Source: Halogeometricum borinquense DSM 11551
Lineage (GTDB): Archaea; Halobacteriota; Halobacteria; Halobacteriales; Haloferacaceae
Direction: 5' to 3'
DNA length: 32,000 nt
Assembly: GCF_000172995.2 (NCBI RefSeq)
Contig: NC_014729.1
Span: 2,310,001 to 2,342,000 of the forward strand
Below, piece after piece: positions 26,184 through 32,000 of the stretch. Below the pieces are notes generated by a model. The model ran no database searches. It was given only the letters and a program-made list of their open reading frames with translations, and was not told the DNA's origin. How positions within the stretch are numbered: the first letter of the stretch is position 1; each line of letters begins with the position of its first letter. Position numbers and translations under genes: made by a program.

Positions 26184-27758
26184 TTATTCGGCGGCGATAA
26201 CGTCGTCGATGCGGACGATCATCGTCGCGGCCTCGGTACCCGACTCGACGGCCTCGCGCTTGACTGCGGCGGGGTCGAGGATACCGTGTTCGACTGGGTC
26301 GCCGATTTCACCGGTTCGACCGTTGGAGATGATGCCCGCGGTCCCCTCCTTTTTGAAGTGAGCGCGCAGGTCAACGAGCGCGTCGATGGGGTCCATGCCG
26401 GTGTTCTCTGCGAGCGTTCGCGGGAGGGACTCAACAGCGTCTGCAAACGCCTCGACGGCGAGTTGCTTTCGGCCCTCAATTCCCGCGGCTTCGGCGCGGA
26501 TGTGGTCCGCGATAGCGATTTCAGTTCCCCCTGCGCCGGGGACGACACCGCCCTTATCGAGAGCGGCGACAACTACGTCAATAGCGTCGTTGACGGCGCG
26601 TTCGAGTTCGTCTACGACGTGTTCTGTGCCGCCGCGGAGGAACAGCGTCACCGCCTTCGACGCTGCACCGCCCTCGATGAACGTGAGTTCGTCGTCGCCG
26701 TACTTCTGGAGCGAGACGGAGTCGGCGTGACCGAAGTCCGACTCGTCGATGTCGCTCGGGGTTCCGAGGCGTTTTGCACCCGTGGCGTTCGCGATAGCGC
26801 GGGCGTCGGAGTCTGAGACGCTCTTGAACGCGAGAATTCCCTCTTTCGCCAAGTAACCCGCGACGCGGTCCGAGATCGCTTTCGTACAGAAGACGACGTC
26901 CACATCTGCGTCAGCGAACGTCTTCGCGTACCCGCGGAGTTCCTCGTCTTCAGCTTTGATGGCGGCGTCGAGTTGGTCGGCGGAGGTGATGTTGTACTCG
27001 GTGTCTGCCTCGCCTTTACGAACGTCGAGTTTCGCGTCGAGAACTGCAACGGTGGCGTCTTCGACGGATTTGGGCATGGTGTCGTTGACGCGGTCTTTGT
27101 CGATAACGACGCCCTCGACCAGTTCTGTCGCGGAGGAGGATGCGCCCGTGTGAGTCAGCACGCGAACGTCGTCGCTGTCGAATCGACCGTCGTTGTCCTC
27201 GTACACCATGCGGACCGCTTTGACGACGTGCTTGGCGAGTGCGTCGGCAGTCACGTCACCGGTCCCTTTGCCGGTCATACTCGATTCTGCGACCTTCTGC
27301 AAGCGGTCGTCGTCGAGGTCCACATCGAAAATCTGCGCGTCGATAGCCTCCTGTGCGAGTTCGGCCGCCTCGGTGTATCCCTCCACGATAACTGTCGGGT
27401 GGAGGTCCTGTTCGAGCAGGTCTTCCGCGTGCGCGAGAAGTTCGCCCGTAAGCACGGCCGCAGTTGTGGTGCCGTCACCGACCGCCTCTTCTTGGGTCTC
27501 TGCGACCTCGACAATCATCTGCGCCGCAGGGTGTTCGATGTCCATCTCTTCGAGGATGGTCGCACCATCGTTGGTGATGACGACCGTTCCCGACGAATCG
27601 ACGAGCATCTTATCCATCCCGCGAGGGCCGAGCGTGGTGCGTACCGCGCTTGCGACCGCTTTCCCGGCACGGATGTTCGAGTCCTGAGCGGCTTGGCCGT
27701 GCGTTCGGGAGCTTTCACTGGAGAGGATGTACAGGGGTTGCTGCATTCGTGACGACAT
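26184..27758 (-). CDS. cct3: Thermosome (group II chaperonin) subunit
   Basis: [44 protein letters not shown] and GGGTEIA. The start is ambiguous (GTG 27773, ATG 27758 or ATG 27746). The cct3 label comes from remembered synteny only. Confidence 0.95.
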   Translation of the reverse strand: MSSRMQQPLYILSSESSRTHGQAAQDSNIRAGKAVASAVRTTLGPRGMDKMLVDSSGTVVITNDGATILEEMDIEHPAAQMIVEVAETQEEAVGDGTTTAAVLTGELLAHAEDLLEQDLHPTVIVEGYTEAAELAQEAIDAQIFDVDLDDDRLQKVAESSMTGKGTGDVTADALAKHVVKAVRMVYEDNDGRFDSDDVRVLTHTGASSSATELVEGVVIDKDRVNDTMPKSVEDATVAVLDAKLDVRKGEADTEYNITSADQLDAAIKAEDEELRGYAKTFADADVDVVFCTKAISDRVAGYLAKEGILAFKSVSDSDARAIANATGAKRLGTPSDIDESDFGHADSVSLQKYGDDELTFIEGGAASKAVTLFLRGGTEHVVDELERAVNDAIDVVVAALDKGGVVPGAGGTEIAIADHIRAEAAGIEGRKQLAVEAFADAVESLPRTLAENTGMDPIDALVDLRAHFKKEGTAGIISNGRTGEIGDPVEHGILDPAAVKREAVESGTEAATMIVRIDDVIAAE

Positions 27759-27791
27759 GATTACGAACCTCACCAGAGTAGACGCAAGCGG

Positions 27792-27807
27792 TTCTATAAA
27801 TATATTA
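27792..27807 (-). promoter_or_regulatory. AT-rich TATA element of the thermosome promoter
   Basis: ttctataaatatatta (minus strand taatatatttatagaa) lies 27 nt upstream of GTG 27773 and 42 nt upstream of ATG 27758. Confidence 0.45.
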
Positions 27808-27962
27808 CGGCGTCTGAGTATAGAAAATCAGTGTACAGAGCGGTTGTACCGTGCTATCTCGTTACTATCCTGAACCGGGATGGGAAACTAGTGGTATAAA
27901 AATACTGCGACGCTATTTCCCCGGGATAGCGCAGTGAGATATGGCATTCAGGTTCTGCAAGC

Positions 27963-27970
27963 TATTTTAT
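27963..27970 (+). promoter_or_regulatory. TATA-like element for the amidohydrolase-family gene
   Basis: tattttat lies 26 nt upstream of ATG 27993. Confidence 0.45.
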
Positions 27971-27992
27971 CCCCTATGAGAAGTGACGAACC

Positions 27993-28823
27993 ATGCTGGA
28001 ACTGAACCATGGGTTCCGGGTGGTGGACCTCCACGCACGATTAGATCCCGATAGTGAGGAGGCGGTGGCCACGCGGGGGCGGGAGATCAGTGCCGAGCGG
28101 TTGGAGCGGGAACTCCATCAGGCGGGTGTCGTCTGCGCCGTCGTCTCGCCGGGACGGCGAACCGAGGGGGAAGGCTATCTCCGGGCAAACAACGCAGTCG
28201 CACGCATGAGCGTAGACCGGCCGTTCGTCGCGTTCGCCCGTATCAACGGGCCGCGTGACCCGAGTGGCCGCGCGTCCGCACGTCTGCGGAATCTCACCAC
28301 GTCGCGTGACGAGAGCCACGCCGACCCAGAGGATATCGAACAGTACGCCTACGACGACCGATTCCACGGGTTCACGCTCGCACCGGCCGTCGATGGGCTA
28401 CCGGACGAGGAGACGCTCGACCAACTGGAGAACGTGGGACTGCCGACGCTCGTCCACGTTGGAGAGGCGTTCACACCCGACGACGCCGTTGAGACGCTTC
28501 TCGACCGAGACTTTCCCGTCATCTTCGCTGGGTTCGGCGGCTACCCGCTGAACCGAGACCTGATGCACAGAAGCATCGACTTGTTAGACGAGTACGACGA
28601 CCTCTACGTGGACACGAGTTACGTCCGCTTCCGTGGGGTCATGGAGCGTGCGCTGTTGGAACATCCGGATCGAGTCATGTTCGGCAGCGGTGCGCCGGAA
28701 GCCCATCCCAACGTCGGTGTGATGGAACTGTTGACGCTCGATGTGTCCGAGGATGCGATGCGACGTGCGTTCTCGAAGAACGCCGCGCGAGTCGTGACGG
28801 AACTCGGTCCCGGCGAACAGTAA
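27993..28823 (+). CDS. Amidohydrolase-2 (TIM-barrel metal-dependent hydrolase) family protein, divergent
   Basis: The overall pattern (VVDLHARL..., PTLVHVGE, YVDTSY, VMFGSGAPEAHP) resembles PF04909-type amidohydrolases. A TATA-like tattttat lies 26 nt upstream of the ATG. Confidence 0.7.
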   Translation: MLELNHGFRVVDLHARLDPDSEEAVATRGREISAERLERELHQAGVVCAVVSPGRRTEGEGYLRANNAVARMSVDRPFVAFARINGPRDPSGRASARLRNLTTSRDESHADPEDIEQYAYDDRFHGFTLAPAVDGLPDEETLDQLENVGLPTLVHVGEAFTPDDAVETLLDRDFPVIFAGFGGYPLNRDLMHRSIDLLDEYDDLYVDTSYVRFRGVMERALLEHPDRVMFGSGAPEAHPNVGVMELLTLDVSEDAMRRAFSKNAARVVTELGPGEQ

Positions 28824-28826
28824 GCG

Positions 28827-29729
28827 TCAGCGCCAGTCGTACTTGGCGACGGCTCGGTCGGCGCGCTTCGAGCAACCGTGGGGGTTCCGCGTGGACGACC
28901 GGTCGCGGGCGCGGGCGACAACTCCGTCAGAAATCCCGGTCGCTATCCCGGCAATCACGTCCCGGCCCGTTCCGATCCATCCTGTCGGAGAGGTGTTCCC
29001 ACGAATAACGTCACGGGCGGTGGCGATAGCGTCCGTTCGGGCGTGTTTCAACGTTCGACGGACGACAGTCGGTCGAAGTCCGTAATTCTTCGCCAGTCTG
29101 TATCCGAGCGCACGATACTTCCATCCCCAATCGCGTTCCTTCATTCCGCCGTCGGCCTCGTACTCCGTGCGGACGCTCATCGTCGGTTGCCACGTCACAC
29201 CGTAGCCAGTTTCGGCCAGTCGGTGCGCCGCGTCGCGTGCGCCGCCGGTTTGGAGATATTCGTCGAAGCCGTCGAGTTCCTCGAGTGCGTCTCGGTGGAA
29301 CGCGACGTTGTCACCGTTGAAATAGGTCACGTCGCGGCCGCAGATCGTCCGGCGTTCGAGCGTTTCGGTAGTCATCCCGGCACGGAGCGTCTGATGAGAC
29401 GGCCCGGTGACGACGGCCGCCTCGTCGAGACCGGCTGTTACGCCGTCAAGCCACTGTTCTTCGACTGCAACATCGTAGCGGACGAAAGCAATAGCGTCGC
29501 CGGAGGCGGCCTCAATCCCGGCGTTTCGTGCGACGTTCAGCGTTCGATCCGAGAGTTCGATGAGAACGTCAACGTCATCCCGGTCTCGTACCATCCCAGT
29601 CGTCCCGTCAGCCGACGGACCGTTGACGACGACGACTTCAGCCTCGGGGGCCGCCTCGGCTAGGGCATCGAGGCTGGTTGCGAGACGGTCCCGACCGTTG
29701 AGCGTCGGGACCACGACCGAGAGGTCCAT
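28827..29729 (-). CDS. Family 2 glycosyltransferase
   Basis: LSVVVPTLNGRDRLATSLDAL, VVVVNGPSADGT and NVARNAGIEAASGDAIAFV. A TATA-like element (catttaagg on the minus strand) lies 27 nt upstream. Confidence 0.85.
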   Translation of the reverse strand: MDLSVVVPTLNGRDRLATSLDALAEAAPEAEVVVVNGPSADGTTGMVRDRDDVDVLIELSDRTLNVARNAGIEAASGDAIAFVRYDVAVEEQWLDGVTAGLDEAAVVTGPSHQTLRAGMTTETLERRTICGRDVTYFNGDNVAFHRDALEELDGFDEYLQTGGARDAAHRLAETGYGVTWQPTMSVRTEYEADGGMKERDWGWKYRALGYRLAKNYGLRPTVVRRTLKHARTDAIATARDVIRGNTSPTGWIGTGRDVIAGIATGISDGVVARARDRSSTRNPHGCSKRADRAVAKYDWR

Positions 29730-29797
29730 ACCGGGAGGTATCTACGAAGAACCTTAAATGTCGTCGCTCGAAGCGGCCGTGAAAACGGTTCGCAGCG

Positions 29798-30514
29798 TCA
29801 ATCGTCTGTAAGGACGGACGCAGACCAGTACGAGACTGACGCGAGTCGTTCACCGAGTGGCGTGTCGCCGACAGAGGTGTCGAATCCACGTAGTTCACCA
29901 GCGATACCGTTCGGAATCTTCCGATAGAGTCCGTATGGGAGGACGAAGTCGTGGGTTGCGTCCGTGAGTTTGAGTCCCGCATCGGAGAGGAGTCCGTCAA
30001 CTTCCTCTTCGCCGTAGAGACGCGACCCCATCGGGAGCAACCAGTTGTAGACGACCCGAGCGCTCGTGTCGTTGAACGTGTCGAAGAACACCACGTCCTT
30101 CGAGACGCGTGCCATCTCAGCGAGGAACTTCGCAGGCGTGTCCGCGAGGTGGAAAAACCGCATCGCAAACACTGCGTCGAAGTGGTCATCCGGGAACGGC
30201 AGACGCGCTGCGTCACCACGGAGGAACTCCACATGGTCGGCTACGCCAGCCCGTCTGGCCTTTTCACGTCCCTGTTGCATCATCGCGCGCGAGATGTCGA
30301 GTCCGACGATGTCCGCGCCGCGTTCAGCGAGCATGACCGTGAACCGACCCGTCCCGCAGGCTATTTCGAGAACGTCCTTGTCTTCGACGGGGCCAACAGC
30401 ATCGAGGACGGCTTGCTTCTCTCGGTGGTCGATGAGTCGCCCGCCGCGAGAGAATCGCTTCGAGTCGTACTCTTGGGCGACGTCGTCCGCCTGGTACCAC
30501 TCTTTTCCTTTCAC
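29798..30514 (-). CDS. Class I SAM-dependent methyltransferase
   Basis: Motif I VLEIACGTGRFT, then DIVGLDIS and FDAVFAMRFFHL. GTG start. Confidence 0.88.
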   Translation of the reverse strand: MKGKEWYQADDVAQEYDSKRFSRGGRLIDHREKQAVLDAVGPVEDKDVLEIACGTGRFTVMLAERGADIVGLDISRAMMQQGREKARRAGVADHVEFLRGDAARLPFPDDHFDAVFAMRFFHLADTPAKFLAEMARVSKDVVFFDTFNDTSARVVYNWLLPMGSRLYGEEEVDGLLSDAGLKLTDATHDFVLPYGLYRKIPNGIAGELRGFDTSVGDTPLGERLASVSYWSASVLTDD

Positions 30515-30691
30515 ACTAACCGGTACTGAACACCGACGGACTAAAACCGTACTGGATACCGTCCAGCGTCGGCTGACTGCCGACGAAATCGCGTGACTGC
30601 GTCGCCGTCACCAATAGCACGCACAGATCACCCAAGAAATGGGTCCCGTTGGTGAGTCAAGAGACAGGCACGTTGGCAGGTGGAGAACCAG

Positions 30692-31132
30692 TTACCCGTT
30701 CGTGACGACGTTTTCGGCGGGAATACGGATGATAACTCGCGGCCCCGACTCCTCGCCGTGATGCGGGTATTTGTCCACGCCCATGTACTGACGGGCGAGT
30801 TTGTCCACGTGGGCGTCCGCTCCGTCGCCTATCAACTCCGCCTCTCCGCGGACAGAGACATACCGATACGGGTCGTCCGGGTCGGTGACGGAGACGCCGA
30901 CTTTCGGATCGCGTTCGATGTTCGTGACCTTTCGCCGGCCGCGAGCGCTGTTGAGCAACACGTATTCGCCGTTCTCGTGGTCAACCCAGACGGGCGTGAC
31001 TTGCGGCGTCCCGTCGGGCATGTTCGTGGCAACCTGAGCGAACGACTCTTTCTCGAAGATGTCGCGGTGGGACTCGGGAATCATGATCGACATCTCTCTC
31101 GGTGGCGACAAAAACTGTCCGTCCGAGGTCAT
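30692..31132 (-). CDS. Pyridoxamine 5'-phosphate oxidase family / PPOX class F420-dependent oxidoreductase
   Basis: FAQVATNMPDGTPQVTPVWV...LNSARGRRKVTNIERDPKVGVSVTDPDDPYRYVSVRGEAE is a typical PPOX split-barrel pattern. Downstream alternative starts exist at 31093 and 31084. Confidence 0.85.
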   Translation of the reverse strand: MTSDGQFLSPPREMSIMIPESHRDIFEKESFAQVATNMPDGTPQVTPVWVDHENGEYVLLNSARGRRKVTNIERDPKVGVSVTDPDDPYRYVSVRGEAELIGDGADAHVDKLARQYMGVDKYPHHGEESGPRVIIRIPAENVVTNG

Positions 31133-31221
31133 TATATTCCCTTGTGTGTGTATTATGTGTCTGGATTATTTTGTCACACTTGTAGGCAACCTTTACCAAG
31201 GCCCACGGTATTTGGTGTGGT

Positions 31222-31494
31222 ATGAGCACCAGTACCGCAGAGATGAACCGCGAGGACTCCCTTTCGGAGGGCGAGTTCCGCGAACGGCTTCGTGAGCTTC
31301 CCCCCAGTGCGAAACTTGTCGCCAAAGTGTTAGAAGGTGACGCACCGCTTTCGCAGGGCGAACTCGCTGAGGAGTCACTGCTCCCCGACCGCACTGTCCG
31401 CTACGCGCTCAATCGGCTCGAAGAGACCGAACTCGTCAGTTCACGTTACAGTTTCAAGGACGCACGCAAGCAAGTCTACTTCCTCAACACGTAG
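31222..31494 (+). CDS. Small winged-helix (MarR/ArsR-like) DNA-binding protein
   Basis: AKLVAKVLEGDAPLSQGELAEESLLPDRTVRYALNRLEETELVSSRYSFKDARKQVYF is an HTH plus wing. A hairpin and T6 tract follow it. Confidence 0.75.
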   Translation: MSTSTAEMNREDSLSEGEFRERLRELPPSAKLVAKVLEGDAPLSQGELAEESLLPDRTVRYALNRLEETELVSSRYSFKDARKQVYFLNT

Positions 31495-31505
31495 ACGAGC
31501 GAGTC

Positions 31506-31572
31506 GTGAACGGTGGTCACAGCACGTACTGACCAAGCCAACCGCCGCCGTTCACCTCAGTAACGGTTTTTT
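31506..31572 (+). terminator. Hairpin plus T6 tract downstream of the small wHTH gene
   Basis: gtgaacggtgg (31506-31516) pairs with ccgccgttcac (31545-31555) with one G:U pair, followed by a T6 run at 31567-31572. Confidence 0.5.
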
Positions 31573-31595
31573 CGCGGCCACGTGAACCCAGAGTC

Positions 31596-32000
31596 GTGAC
31601 GCTCCCCACTCGCGTTTCGGTCCCGACCCGCGCACCCACAGGTGCGACGAACGCGTATCTCGTAGGCACCGAGCGGGCGCTCCTCGTTGATCCGGCCGGG
31701 CGAACCGACGAACTGGACGAACTCGTCGCCGAGTCGAACGTCGAACACATCGCCGTCACGCACACGCACCCCGATCACACGGACGCCGTCGCGGCGTACG
31801 CCGCAGCGACTGACGCGACAGTGTGGTGTCGCCGCGGACGCAAGAGACGATTCATCGACGCGACGGGAATCGAACCCGACCGAACGTTCGTCGAAGGCGA
31901 CGTGATCCCCGCTGGACACGGTGTCACTGTCCTCGACACGCCCGGTCACGCACCCGATCACGTGGCGTTCGAAGGCAACTTCGGCGTCATCTGCGGTGAT
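31596..32000 (+). CDS. MBL-fold metallo-hydrolase, N-terminal part (3' end outside the window)
   Basis: Not in the ORF track because no stop is reached. From GTG 31596 the frame is open to the window edge. It contains NAYLVG...ALLVDP, the THTHPDH metallo-beta-lactamase motif and TPGHAPDH. Confidence 0.8.
   Translation, partial: MTLPTRVSVPTRAPTGATNAYLVGTERALLVDPAGRTDELDELVAESNVEHIAVTHTHPDHTDAVAAYAAATDATVWCRRGRKRRFIDATGIEPDRTFVEGDVIPAGHGVTVLDTPGHAPDHVAFEGNFGVICGD

Noticed and set aside
1-32000. Search for CRISPR arrays, IS elements, integrases, tRNA-flanked islands and toxin-antitoxin pairs
   Set aside because: I saw no spaced repeat arrays, transposase or integrase-like ORFs, or terminal inverted repeats. 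Composition appears uniform apart from AT-rich promoters. The window looks like core chromosome.

Overview
GC-rich DNA encoding acidic proteins, typical of a haloarchaeal chromosome (Haloferacales-like). Gene order is pykA ... aglD-like ... tfb, aroD, aroB', aroA', trpABC ... lonB ... thermosome. From memory this matches, in reverse orientation, the Haloferax volcanii region around HVO_0806 (pykA), HVO_0798 (aglD), HVO_0787-0789 (trpCBA), HVO_0783 (lonB) and HVO_0778 (cct3). That recollection needs a BLAST or synteny check.

I support 33 protein-coding genes, two of them cut by the window edges. I found no tRNA or rRNA genes, CRISPR arrays, transposases or integrases, and no obvious foreign island. 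The window is mostly housekeeping: glycolysis, the archaeal alternative shikimate entry pathway plus trpCBA, TFB, LonB, a thermosome subunit, NMNAT and N-glycosylation. Many genes have a TATA-like element 25-31 nt upstream of the start codon, which suggests leaderless transcripts. I used this to trim several over-extended track ORFs.

No clear new multi-gene system is visible. The best candidates for follow-up are:
- a membrane-anchored Mrr-type nuclease fold with a degraded (D/E)xK motif, fused to an external DUF4352-like domain, sitting between a surface glycoprotein and an NfeD/SPFH pair (2812-7840)
- an MGMT-fold protein whose acceptor Cys is Asp, next to the lonB-CPBP operon
- a dual winged-helix regulator with a Tat-like N-terminus
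- a 29-nt near-identical repeat linking the 3' coding end of a small wHTH-like gene to the aglD-like upstream region
- several enzyme-fold proteins with substituted catalytic residues (His->Tyr in the pyruvate kinase C-terminal domain; lost metal ligands in an amidohydrolase)

All motif alignments were done by eye and should be confirmed with HMM or structure tools.
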